Positions 27,501-36,576 of a stretch of DNA of 39,552 bases are shown in pieces. The notes below the pieces were generated by a model. It worked only from the letters and a program-made list of their open reading frames with translations. It ran no database searches and was not told the DNA's origin. The DNA comes from Candidatus Thorarchaeota archaeon (GTDB lineage: Archaea > Asgardarchaeota > Thorarchaeia > Thorarchaeales > Thorarchaeaceae), in the NCBI GenBank assembly GCA_030593165.1, contig JAUVHR010000001.1, forward strand, positions 91,025 through 130,576, in the 5' to 3' direction. The position numbers were made by a program, and so were the translations under genes. The stretch's first letter is position 1. Each line of letters starts with the position of its first letter.

Positions 27501-28077
27501 CTGTCACAGATACCCGGCTCAGTTCTTCGATATGGTTGCTCACGCACAACACCCCAAGGTTGTAGAAAACTTGGTTGACATTATCGCCTCACGTATAGAT
27601 TCTGAGGCACAGTATGAAGGCTTTGGTTTCACCCATGGCACATCATCATTCGATGCAGGACCCACAAACACGAGATACAAGATTCTAGGCGGTATGGAAG
27701 AAAAGCTCAATGCACAGCTCTTCCTCGCAACCCTTATTGACGCAGTTGACGCACAGGATGTCGCTGAGAGAGTACTCTCACATCATTTTATCAGAGACAT
27801 TAGAGGAAACCTTAGGGCATACTCAACGCAAAAGATACAGTGCAGGACGTGCCACAGAGTCTTTAGAAGGATTCCTCTCTCCGGGAAGTGTGTCTGTGGC
27901 TCAGATTTGTCATTGACGGTGCGAGAGAAGAACATATCCAAGTACATCTCTGTAGCAGAGAGATTGATTGAGGAACATGGTCTCGGACAATACCTACAGG
28001 AACGTCTTCGGCTCGTGAACTCTGCACTTGAGTCGCTGTTTGTGTCTGAACAGACCAGTCTTGAAGACTATTTCTAG
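24532..28077 (+). CDS. polC: DNA polymerase D large subunit DP2
   Basis: AGPIRAAGGT, GGFRLRYGRSRNTG, RMGRPEKA, AAKRRNCDGDED, C-terminal PIP box QTSLEDYF; no intein. Confidence 0.99.
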   Translation: MKDTGLTLPKHSFNYGIYFEELNSEIERIYAIAEAARAKGVDPSTRVEIPPAHDVAGRVEATLEGPKGVAKRIRELQKTKPREEVAFEVAKEIALSELGGIEDREKAADKAVRVALSILTESITAAPIEGIAKVRIRGSGADQYLAIYLAGPIRAAGGTEAAMTVLVADYVRQVLDLPSFKATELEIERALEEVELYSRAANLQYTVHPELIKLAASKMPIMLTGEPTEEFEVSGSRDIERIETNRVRGGAVLVLNDGVVGRAAKLAKIVDRLEMPGWEWLDTLVKATSKTDTPESDDPSKKLEPKSDYLVDVIGGRPVFSHPSRVGGFRLRYGRSRNTGLAAVGVHPATMYVVEEFLAPGTHIRTERPGKGSIVSPVDTIEGPIILLKNGTVKQISSADDARNLEGKIERIIYLGDILVALGEFLENNHPLVPSGYCEEWWSHDLDQACNHLSKTELERRLAKIDLTPEELAEFIESPLSIVPSSKHALNLSKQFKVPLHPRYLYRWRVLNTVEFFKFRSWFLSKYRIKKEPVGDVITLPNNAKQKAILEKLGIPHTLNESGKQLRITDDSFTVLAQLGKGDTGETKTEDVLAILNTVADVELRDKLGFSIGARMGRPEKAEERKMHPPVQVLFPVGRTKGSERRLEHVARSVQAVQTLDSFDIDTDEVSRSSMISGTSLELVSRTCPACGNKTFESRCPECGFHTEIERWCSQDDCGLPIDETTGMCPRSHDVNQIRSTRDIIVDMQDLLDRTKVEVNEPQTYNPRGVLGLTSDSKIPEYLGKGILRAKHGVYCYRDGTTRFDVTDAPLTHFTPKEIGVSVESLEEIGYYSDYKGEPLVDENQIVELKVQDIIIPENGADYMIRVGKFVDDCLEKIYGLERYYNFSEPNDIVGQLVIGLAPHTSAGIIGRIIGFTNASICYAHPYWHAAKRRNCDGDEDALLLVLDALINFSKSYLPAGRGGFMDAPLVLSVILNPSEVDDEAHNIEVCHRYPAQFFDMVAHAQHPKVVENLVDIIASRIDSEAQYEGFGFTHGTSSFDAGPTNTRYKILGGMEEKLNAQLFLATLIDAVDAQDVAERVLSHHFIRDIRGNLRAYSTQKIQCRTCHRVFRRIPLSGKCVCGSDLSLTVREKNISKYISVAERLIEEHGLGQYLQERLRLVNSALESLFVSEQTSLEDYF

Positions 28078-28082
28078 GCGAC

Positions 28083-28946
28083 TCATTTTGTCGATTCAGC
28101 AGCTAACTTGAGTAAATCACGGTCTTCAATCATACCGATGAGGCTGCCTGATGCAGATAGAACCGGGGCTTGATCAATGTCATTCTTCCTCAAGATTCTC
28201 ACAACATCAGCAACAGAGGAAACCTCAGTGACGTTGATGATGGTTTTAGTCATCACATCTCTAACCGGTACAGGAGGTAGCTTAAGCAATCTCTTTGTCA
28301 CAACGAGGAAATCCTTGGAGGTCCATCCCCATTCAACACCGGATTCCGTACCAGTATGTGTTTTGGATATATTGTCCTCGACGGTAACTTCGGATAATCG
28401 AATATAGTCACTGACCGATATCATTCCAGTAGCTCCTCCTTCTTCATTGACTATGAAAAGAGCATTTTTGCCTGCCATCTCCATTATCATGTAAGAGAGG
28501 GGGAGTGGAGTTTCAGTCCAAACCGCAATGACCTGAATATTCACAAAATCCTTGATTGGCATCTTCTGGAACTTTTCATCGTTCTCGAGGATTGCTCCCA
28601 GAATGTCTGGAATCGATAAGAGTCCAACCAATTCATCATTATCAACCACTGGAATTCTCCTGAAGTTTTTCTCCAACATGAGCTTGATTGCAGTTCTAAC
28701 TGCAGATCTGGGAGTTACCGTGGCGGGGTCTCTCATCATGAGCATAGCAATCTGGTTTTCGTCTGGATTACGAAGAAGGTCACTCCTTGTAATCATCCCA
28801 ACTAATGTCTTTGTACCCTTTTTGCAGACTGGGAATCCATTGATCTGCTTTTCTGCCATTTTCAGTAAGACGTCTTCTCTGGTGCCCGGTACTGAAACGT
28901 ATACTACGTCGGACTGCATGCATTCCGCTACTTTCACATTAATCAC
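28083..28946 (-). CDS. CBS-domain protein (4 CBS repeats)
   Basis: Repeated PVV...LVG.IT/S..D motifs. Confidence 0.9.
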   Translation of the reverse strand: MINVKVAECMQSDVVYVSVPGTREDVLLKMAEKQINGFPVCKKGTKTLVGMITRSDLLRNPDENQIAMLMMRDPATVTPRSAVRTAIKLMLEKNFRRIPVVDNDELVGLLSIPDILGAILENDEKFQKMPIKDFVNIQVIAVWTETPLPLSYMIMEMAGKNALFIVNEEGGATGMISVSDYIRLSEVTVEDNISKTHTGTESGVEWGWTSKDFLVVTKRLLKLPPVPVRDVMTKTIINVTEVSSVADVVRILRKNDIDQAPVLSASGSLIGMIEDRDLLKLAAESTK

Positions 28947-29174
28947 TTTCCAATTTGGAGTAGAGTATCCACGGCGCCTATGCTATTTCTAGAAGAAATG
29001 ATTGATACCTTCATTGTTGAATAGACTCCGGTATTACATAAAATTTGTCACATCTAAACACGCGACTCTTGTCTGAATTCCATCCATCTAGCGATTAACA
29101 CCAGAACACGATAAGAGCCCTTTCTTGCCTTTTATGGTTTTCCTAGCAACAATTCAGAACCTTGACCCGAAGAG

Positions 29175-29735
29175 TCACCAAGGGTTCTTCTTCACTCCAA
29201 TTAGATAACCAAGAGTATTGCTAAGTAAATGAATCCCAAAGGTGACGATGATTAACACAGCCGGATAAAACGAATTTGGGTCGAGGAACGGAGCTGCAAA
29301 AATCAGGGCCATCAGAACAAAGCCGAGCTGGTCAAGGACAGGAGATGGGGCACCACTACGCAACCCGACTCTTCTTTTCAGAAAGGACCCCACCAAGTCG
29401 CCAGTCAAGGCTCCAACTGACAGCATGAATCCCACCAAAAGGGGCATGTTGAGAATCACATCCATATCTGGGGTCACTGTTAGATAGTTGACCATCCCAC
29501 TTCTCACATAAGGTGCAGCATAGACTAAGATTGCTCCAGTTAGAGTCCCCCAGAAAACGCCTGCGACAAATCCCCTGATGGTCTTACCATCTCCCAACAG
29601 TCTACCACCGTTTCGGAACATCTTGCCGCCGTCGATAGGCCGGCCGCCGCCGAAGATTACTGGGGTTGAGTTGGCAATCCATGCGGGAAGTCCCAACCAG
29701 AGAGCAAGTCCGATGAGAGCAAGTTCCGCATACAT
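29175..29735 (-). CDS. carS: CDP-archaeol synthase
   Basis: PAWIANSTPV, PIDGG, GDGKTIRG, GDLVGSFLKRR, LDQL, KKNPW. Confidence 0.95.
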   Translation of the reverse strand: MYAELALIGLALWLGLPAWIANSTPVIFGGGRPIDGGKMFRNGGRLLGDGKTIRGFVAGVFWGTLTGAILVYAAPYVRSGMVNYLTVTPDMDVILNMPLLVGFMLSVGALTGDLVGSFLKRRVGLRSGAPSPVLDQLGFVLMALIFAAPFLDPNSFYPAVLIIVTFGIHLLSNTLGYLIGVKKNPW

Positions 29736-29740
29736 CTGTG

Positions 29741-30475
29741 TTACTCCTCGGTAGATTCGCCTAGTTCCTGCAAACCTTCTTGCAGATTTCGTTCTGTTAC
29801 AAATCCAGTCTGAGCAAGATACAAAGTTTCTCCCCTTGGAGATTCCTCCGGCATCAACCTTTCTACAATCCGCTCGCCCTTGCTTTTTCCCTTCCTCAGA
29901 CGGATTACAGAATCGGACCAATACGCAAGAATGTTACCAGCAACCGGTTCGAAATCATGACCCTTTTTCATGCTACCCCTTACTTGATTGAGTACCAAAA
30001 CCGCAATATCTCTATGTCTGGCAAGTCCCTTCAGTATTCCAGCTTGAGTGTTCAACTCCCTATGGGCTGCATAGTTCACACTCTTGTCTTCTAAGGCTGC
30101 TCGATACAGTTTCGTAAGTGTATCAATGACAATCAGTTTTGTGTTATGTTTCGCATAGAATTCGAGATCATCAATGACCGCGCCCTGTTCAATGAAGCTC
30201 TTGGGCGAGATTATACGTACGAGGTCTTCGATGTCTACAAACTCCTTTCCTGTGATTTGCTTCAATCGTTCTAGTGGGGATGACATCTCGGAATTGATGA
30301 AGGTGATACAGACTCCTAGTCCACATGCAGCATTTACAAACTGAAGTGCCAATGTAGTCTTGCCTGAACCTGCCTCTCCGTAGACATGTGTGAATCGCCC
30401 TGTATGAAGGCCTCCATCAAGAACCCGATCCAGCAGAGATACACCTGACGAAAGAATCAAATCATGGACCACCAT
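29741..30475 (-). CDS. radB: RadB/Rad51-paralogue RecA-family ATPase
   Basis: LDRVLDGG, YGEAGSGKT, IVIDT, VLNQV, PVAGNILAYWS; lacks the RadA N-terminal domain. Confidence 0.8.
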   Translation of the reverse strand: MVVHDLILSSGVSLLDRVLDGGLHTGRFTHVYGEAGSGKTTLALQFVNAACGLGVCITFINSEMSSPLERLKQITGKEFVDIEDLVRIISPKSFIEQGAVIDDLEFYAKHNTKLIVIDTLTKLYRAALEDKSVNYAAHRELNTQAGILKGLARHRDIAVLVLNQVRGSMKKGHDFEPVAGNILAYWSDSVIRLRKGKSKGERIVERLMPEESPRGETLYLAQTGFVTERNLQEGLQELGESTEE

Positions 30476-30527
30476 CAAAATGTCGCGCTCTCCGAAAGAT
30501 AAACCTATTCTCAGAAGGTCAGATTTG

Positions 30528-31301
30528 ATGTCTCTATACGAAGTTGCCATTGCTACTCGTAATCCGAAGACGCTCTATCTGACAATCGAGCTTCTTGAGA
30601 ATCTGGGCATACACTTTGTCATTCGTGCACCAGATGATATTGAAGATGGCCTCGCAGGTGTAATTATGACAACTCTCGCAGATATGTCCAAGCTATCACA
30701 CATAGTGGAATCCAAAATTATGTTGATTGAAGACACAATGGACCCTGATGAAACAACAATCCGGCTCATGTTTGACCTGCTTGACATATCCTTGCCGTCA
30801 CTTTGTGTAGTTGGTGTTGATCCTGGAATGCGGTTTGGTATAGCCCTTGTTGAAAACGGACAAAGGTTGCATTCTAAGACCTGTTCCACCCCACATGAGG
30901 CTGTTCGTTCTACTCTCAGATGGTCTCTCTTCATTTCGCGAATATATCCCGACTGTTCAATAGTCACCCGAATTGGCACTGGTTCAAGACTATACGAGGT
31001 TCTATATCTTCGTGGCCTACGCGATACTGACTACCCCTTTTTCGTTGAGCTCGTTGATGAACGCAATACGACAGTTAGGGGTAAATCCGACCAATCATCA
31101 GCTGTCATAATTGCGAGTCGCAGAGGCCGTAGATCTGTAGAGTCTGACTACCACCTAGATGTGAAGGATGGGTATATTCGTTCACTAGTACAACTTGTTT
31201 CCAGAATCAGTGACGGGCGACTCTCTCTGACAAAGGATGAAGCAAGGTCTGTGCTGCTTGACAATGTAACATTAGAGGCGCTTCTCAGTGAGAAGTCTTA
31301 G
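30528..31301 (+). CDS. RNase H-fold (YqgF/RuvC-like) conserved archaeal protein
   Basis: VGVDPG..FGIA, RIGTG, VDERNTT, DQSSAVIIA. Confidence 0.7.
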   Translation: MSLYEVAIATRNPKTLYLTIELLENLGIHFVIRAPDDIEDGLAGVIMTTLADMSKLSHIVESKIMLIEDTMDPDETTIRLMFDLLDISLPSLCVVGVDPGMRFGIALVENGQRLHSKTCSTPHEAVRSTLRWSLFISRIYPDCSIVTRIGTGSRLYEVLYLRGLRDTDYPFFVELVDERNTTVRGKSDQSSAVIIASRRGRRSVESDYHLDVKDGYIRSLVQLVSRISDGRLSLTKDEARSVLLDNVTLEALLSEKS

Positions 31302-33226
31302 CTGGAAAAGAATCTGTGCAGTTGATCAGAAACAAGTACTGGATCATTGGGTACAACTTGAATGACATCACGTAACCAAATGGGGAAGAATCTTCGAAGA
31401 TAAGGTGTTCCGAACCGTTGATCAAGGAGGATTATTGCTCCCTTGTCATCTGACTTACGTACTGGTCTGCCCGCTGCTTGAATGGCCCTTGTCATTGCAG
31501 GCATAACGTATGCGTAATCTCTTCCTTTACCATTGAATTTCTTATTGTAGTATTCTATCAATGCCTCAGTTCTAAGAGTGGGTTTTGCATAGGGCACACC
31601 CACAACAATCACACTGTCCATTTCAGGTCCAGGAAAATCGCCGCCCTCAGAATTGCGACCCCCTTGAACCCCCAAGAGTACTGCTCCACCATTCACTCCA
31701 AACTCCTTGAATTCGCTAATCATTCTATCGTTTTCCGAGCTCTTCATTCTTGGTTTCTCAGTGAATAGCTTGCATCTTAGTCTACTTTCAAGGCCTGCGT
31801 GGTTGATGGCCTTCGCAACTGAATAGCTTGGTGCAAAGATACCTGTGTTTCCGGGTGTTGCATGAGCAACTGCAACACAATGATGTACGATTTCCTCGAA
31901 CAGAGAATCAGTCCGATTCCTATACGAGGTGTCAAGATCTTCAATAATCATCCCAAGTCTATTGCTTGTGACAAATGGATTCTGGAATGTTGCTGTTATT
32001 GCTTCCGAACTCAGACCCAGCATCTCTGAATATGCATCGAGTGGTGAGATGGTACCTGAAATTGCAATGGTGCTGTGAACCATTTGAAGTATCGGCCGGG
32101 TGACTGCAGTGGGGTCCAGAGCCACCAAGTCAAGAGAAGCCTTGACACTGCCTTGTCCCTCAGCTCCTGTATTCAGAATATGCATGTAGTCTTCACGTTC
32201 GGCAGTTCTAAGCCACATACTCATGAAGTCCCCTAGTCGGAATATGCTGGAACGGGGAAACTTGCCACTCTTCAAAAGGGCTCTTCGAATACTGGCACCC
32301 TGAGTAAGCAAATGTGCAATGAGATCATCCTCATCTTCGAATTCACTCCCAATCAGTGCCACACCAAGAATTTCTCTGGGATTGACCTTCTTCTCGCTCC
32401 CCTGTTTCATCTTGCCGAGGAAATCAAGAACCAAGCTAATCAGTTCACGACAGAAATTCTTTGATTTCGAATCATTGTAGGTTGTCGCCTCGCGCATTGC
32501 CTGCCGCATCGTACCTACCGTCAATGAATCACTTGCAGAGTTCAATGCAGTCGATGGAACATTATGGGCCTCATCCTCTACTAGGACTATTCGTGATGTG
32601 GGTGTTTCAAGCTCGGGGATGAACGTTTCAAGAATGAAAGGATCAAAGACATAGAGATAGGAGAGTGCAACCACATCAACTACCTTTGCAAGCTGTTTGG
32701 CCAGCTCGTAGGGGCAATAGCTTCTGATTTTAGCAATCTTCACGATATCCGGTGCTTTCAAAACCTTGAATGGCATTTCTTCAAGCAATTCTTCGGGTCC
32801 TCCTGCTTTTCGGATATACTCGTAATAGACACATTTGCGTTCTGCCTTCAGATGTCTACAAACTTCACTGACGGGAGCGATGACGCCTGCATTTTCTACC
32901 ACAAAGCTGTTCAGGCACATGTGGTTTCTTCCCCGGAAAGAAACTCCGGTAACAGGCTGATGCTCAGAAATCCCCTCCAGCTCTTCCATAACCCGATCCA
33001 GTTGCCTGTGTGTTCTTGCACAATAGAGAATTTTTCCACGGTTCTCCGTAATCCATGGCAGGACGCCACACAGCGTGGCCACGGTCTTTCCGAATCCATT
33101 CGGAGCTTCAATGCAAGACTGGGCTCCCCTTTTCACCGTCGCCTCTATCTTCTTCATCATGTCATCTTGTCCCTTTCGGGATTTGGTGTAAGGAAAGAAG
33201 TCTGAGAAAGAAATTTGCCCGGACAT
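31298..33226 (-). CDS. xpd: XPD/Rad3 Fe-S DNA helicase
   Basis: APNGFGKT, RTHRQ, four Fe-S Cys, DEAHN, SEGGDF, QAAGRPVR. Confidence 0.95.
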   Translation of the reverse strand: MSGQISFSDFFPYTKSRKGQDDMMKKIEATVKRGAQSCIEAPNGFGKTVATLCGVLPWITENRGKILYCARTHRQLDRVMEELEGISEHQPVTGVSFRGRNHMCLNSFVVENAGVIAPVSEVCRHLKAERKCVYYEYIRKAGGPEELLEEMPFKVLKAPDIVKIAKIRSYCPYELAKQLAKVVDVVALSYLYVFDPFILETFIPELETPTSRIVLVEDEAHNVPSTALNSASDSLTVGTMRQAMREATTYNDSKSKNFCRELISLVLDFLGKMKQGSEKKVNPREILGVALIGSEFEDEDDLIAHLLTQGASIRRALLKSGKFPRSSIFRLGDFMSMWLRTAEREDYMHILNTGAEGQGSVKASLDLVALDPTAVTRPILQMVHSTIAISGTISPLDAYSEMLGLSSEAITATFQNPFVTSNRLGMIIEDLDTSYRNRTDSLFEEIVHHCVAVAHATPGNTGIFAPSYSVAKAINHAGLESRLRCKLFTEKPRMKSSENDRMISEFKEFGVNGGAVLLGVQGGRNSEGGDFPGPEMDSVIVVGVPYAKPTLRTEALIEYYNKKFNGKGRDYAYVMPAMTRAIQAAGRPVRKSDDKGAIILLDQRFGTPYLRRFFPIWLRDVIQVVPNDPVLVSDQLHRFFSS

Positions 33227-33289
33227 ATGAACCTCAGAATGAAGTGAATGCATACCATTGATAACCATGTTGCTTTCTACAATGACTCA

Positions 33290-33643
33290 GTGAGCAAATT
33301 GAAGTCTGATGATATTACTGAGTTCATTTCCGAAACATCTCAGGGAAAACTCAAGGTCCGAGTGATGAGTTTGGATAACGGGCTTCTCATTCTCGTTTCT
33401 GACAGGGACAGCTTCAAATTCGGTATATCCGCCTTCGCAATCCCCCCTGCTCAGGGGCGGAGTGAACCGTCTTCTGCTGGCCTCTTCACTGTGGGGGCTG
33501 AGAACACATATGTACGTACTATTGCAGAGAGAATTGCAGTATGGACCACCAAGACCTGCATGTTGATTGTAGGAGTGAAAAATCTGGACCAGAGATGGAT
33601 GATGGAGATTCTATCTACCTTGAAGACGAATCTCTTAACATGA
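33290..33643 (+). CDS. Proteasome assembly chaperone PAC3/PAC4-like protein
   Basis: LDNGLLILVS...FGISAFAIP...SSAGLF...IAERIA...K pattern matches PAC4 architecture; start uncertain (33248 or 33290). Confidence 0.6.
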   Translation: MSKLKSDDITEFISETSQGKLKVRVMSLDNGLLILVSDRDSFKFGISAFAIPPAQGRSEPSSAGLFTVGAENTYVRTIAERIAVWTTKTCMLIVGVKNLDQRWMMEILSTLKTNLLT

Positions 33644-33836
33644 GATGAGTAATGACATCCCGCACCCATACTCCTAGTTCTTCTGTTGCCAGTAATGATA
33701 CAAGATACTCCTTCCATTCGATTTCGAGTGCATTCCGCCACACATCGAATGCAGTCTGTAGATTCTGAGAGGCCGCCTGATGATAGGAACAGTACTCTGC
33801 TTCGGTTTCCCGTTCACAAATCTCACACTTATTCAT
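33615..33836 (-). CDS. Small CxxC...CxxH zinc-finger protein coupled to topA
   Basis: CEIC...YCSYH, conserved-looking W residues; overlaps topA stop. Confidence 0.75.
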   Translation of the reverse strand: MNKCEICERETEAEYCSYHQAASQNLQTAFDVWRNALEIEWKEYLVSLLATEELGVWVRDVITHLMLRDSSSR

Positions 33837-35937
33837 CGGAATCCACCTCCTCTGCCATCTTGCCCCGTCGTTTTTCCAAGGCCTTCAGGTCTTCGCGTCT
33901 GCCAGGACACTCACTCCAGTTGATGCACGTTTCCCATGCTCTTTTCCTAGATACAACCCTGATTATCTGGAAGCCACAGTCAGGACATTGCTTGTCCAGT
34001 GGTACAATCTCCCCTTTTTGTGGAAGTGGAAATGTCACTTCACAATTCCCATCTCTGTAATTCGAACAACCAAGGAACCTCTTTCCACTCTTCGGAGACC
34101 TGACTACGATCAATGTTCCGTTATCGCAGCTAGGACATGGACCAATCTCCTGCTTGGCTTTCCAGTATCTCTGGAGTCCTGCAACCAGCTCTTGACCAAT
34201 CAGTTCCTCCTGTTCTCTAATGCTTTCCAATAGTGTGAGGAGTTCTTCTTTTGCTTTCTTGAGCACCGCCCCCCTACTGTTCTTTCTCTCCTGAATCTGG
34301 GCCATCTCAGCTTCCAGTTGACGTGTTAGGTCGACGGAGAGCATCTTAGGCACGTACCGGTTCAGTGTTTCGAACGTCGCATATCCCAAAGTGGACAGCT
34401 CGAAACGCTCGCTCAGTGTGTACCCTCTAGACTTGACCGAGTCAACAATCGAAGCACGTGTTGACTTGGTGCCGAGGTTCTCGACCTCTAGTTTCTTCAA
34501 CAGACTGGACGGATTGAACCGAGGGGGTGGGGCGGTGTATCTCCAGTCCGCAGCAACAGAAGTAAGTCTGATCAAATCACCTGTGTCTAGTGAAGGCAGT
34601 ACTCTCTCTGAGGTTACCACATATGGTTCATAGAAAGACATCCACCCCTCTTTCAGGACCCGGAGTCCACGCAAGTACAGCTTGTGTTCATCATGAATAA
34701 CGTCTACCCTAAGGCTTTCTTTCACCGCAGGTTCTCCGAACAGCGACAGAAATCTACGAACTATGAGATCGTAGACCTTTTTCTGACTAGGTGTCAGTCT
34801 GCGTTCAGGTTTCTTGCCGGTTGGATGGATTGCTGGATGTGCTGGATCGTCCATCTTTCCTTGAATAGGAACGAGTTCACCTTGAAGGACCTGTTTTGCC
34901 AGGGCAGAATATGTCTTGTTTGTACTCAGTCCGTCAAGTATCAGCTTAACATTGATGCTCTTTGGTATCTTCTGGCTACTTGTCCGAGGATACGAGATGA
35001 GTGCGTCCAGATACAGCTTCTGCGCGATGGCTAGCGTCCGACTTGGTTTGAAACCAAAGTGTCTGTACGCCTCCGATTGAAGCCCGCTGAGATTGAACGG
35101 AACCGGCGGTGATTGTGATACCACTCTGCGGTTCACTGAGTCCACGATGGCAGTCTTACCCGACAGTTCGTCGACTATGGTATCCGCTTGCTGTTTGTTC
35201 TGTACTCGTTTCCTGAAGTATTCAAGCTCTACCTCTCCTCCATCGTACTCTCCTGTCGTCTGTATAACCCAAAAGGGAGTGGGTACGAATACATTAATCT
35301 CCCTCTCCCGCTCAGCAACGTATGCCAAGGCCGGTCCTTGTACCCGACCTGTAGAAACTATTTTGAACCAACCGGACACCCTCTTGATGGCAAGAGTCAA
35401 GGCTCGTGTCAAGTTGATCCCCCAAAGCCAGTCAATTTCATGTCGTACACAACCTGCTTCTATCATGGGGAATTCCAATTGAGGTTCCAGTCCTTGATAG
35501 GCGGCTTCTAAGTCGGTTTTAGTGAGTGCCGAGAAGTACATTCTCTTCGCACTTTTCGGGTCTGCCTTGCATGCATATCTGAGTGTGAGATAGCCAATCA
35601 AACTGCCTTCAATGTCATAATCAGTTGCCACGACGAAGCTATCAACATCTTTCGATAGTCGCTTGATCAGATTGATGATGTACTTGGTTTCTGCTGCCTT
35701 CTTCACAATTTCGTGTTTTGGTGCCCACTCCATGTCTAAACGAGGATAAGTCCAACCCTTCACGGTCTGTCGTAAATCATACAGATGGCCTAGGGCATAT
35801 ACAACAAGGAGAGTGTCCCGCCCTCTCTTGCATTCAAAGTAAGATGCCTTCCGTTTCTTAATCTCAACAGGGGATGATGTATCATCAAGGGCTTCGGCTA
35901 TTCTTCTTGCAGCTGTTGGCTTCTCAGAGATTATCAA
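33829..35937 (-). CDS. topA: DNA topoisomerase IA
   Basis: SEKP, ATDYDIEG, STGRVQGP, ISYPRT (catalytic Tyr), AHPAIHPT, C-terminal Zn ribbons. Confidence 0.98.
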   Translation of the reverse strand: MIISEKPTAARRIAEALDDTSSPVEIKKRKASYFECKRGRDTLLVVYALGHLYDLRQTVKGWTYPRLDMEWAPKHEIVKKAAETKYIINLIKRLSKDVDSFVVATDYDIEGSLIGYLTLRYACKADPKSAKRMYFSALTKTDLEAAYQGLEPQLEFPMIEAGCVRHEIDWLWGINLTRALTLAIKRVSGWFKIVSTGRVQGPALAYVAEREREINVFVPTPFWVIQTTGEYDGGEVELEYFRKRVQNKQQADTIVDELSGKTAIVDSVNRRVVSQSPPVPFNLSGLQSEAYRHFGFKPSRTLAIAQKLYLDALISYPRTSSQKIPKSINVKLILDGLSTNKTYSALAKQVLQGELVPIQGKMDDPAHPAIHPTGKKPERRLTPSQKKVYDLIVRRFLSLFGEPAVKESLRVDVIHDEHKLYLRGLRVLKEGWMSFYEPYVVTSERVLPSLDTGDLIRLTSVAADWRYTAPPPRFNPSSLLKKLEVENLGTKSTRASIVDSVKSRGYTLSERFELSTLGYATFETLNRYVPKMLSVDLTRQLEAEMAQIQERKNSRGAVLKKAKEELLTLLESIREQEELIGQELVAGLQRYWKAKQEIGPCPSCDNGTLIVVRSPKSGKRFLGCSNYRDGNCEVTFPLPQKGEIVPLDKQCPDCGFQIIRVVSRKRAWETCINWSECPGRREDLKALEKRRGKMAEEVDSDE

Positions 35938-36099
35938 GATTCGCGACAGATTGAATCAACGCTCCCTTCGGTGATTTGGACAGACTTCTGCGACGCTTAA
36001 ATGCTGCCCGCAGAGCAACAATCATCCTAGTACAACTCTTGTTTCCGCGATAGTCTTAAAAGCAGACCCCAGAACGAGTCGGCTCGAGGTCAATAACGA

Positions 36100-36528
36100 T
36101 TGAAACCTTGGTGGCCGAGCATCATAATTAGACCCAGAGTACGACTCACGAGGCCGAGATTTGGGATGCCAACCCGACCTCCCGACCTCATTGTATTTGG
36201 AGTCATTATGGCAGTTGTTCTCTTTGTATTAGGTGGCAATATCTACACTCTGGTACGAACTCCTCCGGCCATAGCAGGGGGTGCAAACGAAATCCCCATT
36301 CTGATTGCACCAGGACTTGACCTCCAACTTGGTTTGGAAGGCATCGTAGCCTCAGTTACAATCATGATCGGCACGCTTGGATTAGGACTCCTATACTATG
36401 CATCCAAGTACGTTTTCCAACCTGGTTATGCTACACGCCTGATGACTCTTGGCATGATTCTAGCAGGTGTTGCGTTTCTCATAATCACGTACATGTTCGG
36501 AATTAAGACAGCGCAATACTACGGTTAG
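36100..36528 (+). CDS. OSTC/DC2 (OST3/OST6 family) oligosaccharyltransferase accessory subunit homologue
   Basis: 3 TM helices; FVLGGNIY...PP, Q..LEGIVAS, G.LG, terminal F.IK...Y. Confidence 0.8.
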   Translation: MKPWWPSIIIRPRVRLTRPRFGMPTRPPDLIVFGVIMAVVLFVLGGNIYTLVRTPPAIAGGANEIPILIAPGLDLQLGLEGIVASVTIMIGTLGLGLLYYASKYVFQPGYATRLMTLGMILAGVAFLIITYMFGIKTAQYYG

Positions 36529-36531
36529 TAA

Positions 36532-36555
36532 ATCCTGCCACATACTTGGCAGGAT
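36532..36555. terminator. Perfect 9-bp hairpin between convergent genes
   Basis: ATCCTGCCA-CATACT-TGGCAGGAT. Confidence 0.55.
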
Positions 36556-36576
36556 CTAGCTTTCTATACTGAGAAC

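Noticed and set aside
24532-28077. Intein in DP2 (also checked aIF5B and TopA)
   Set aside because: Lengths are normal, conserved motifs are contiguous, and no C...HN splice signatures
28947-29174. 228-nt gap between carS and the CBS gene as a possible ncRNA
   Set aside because: No convincing stem or ORF; contains only a plausible TATA-like element
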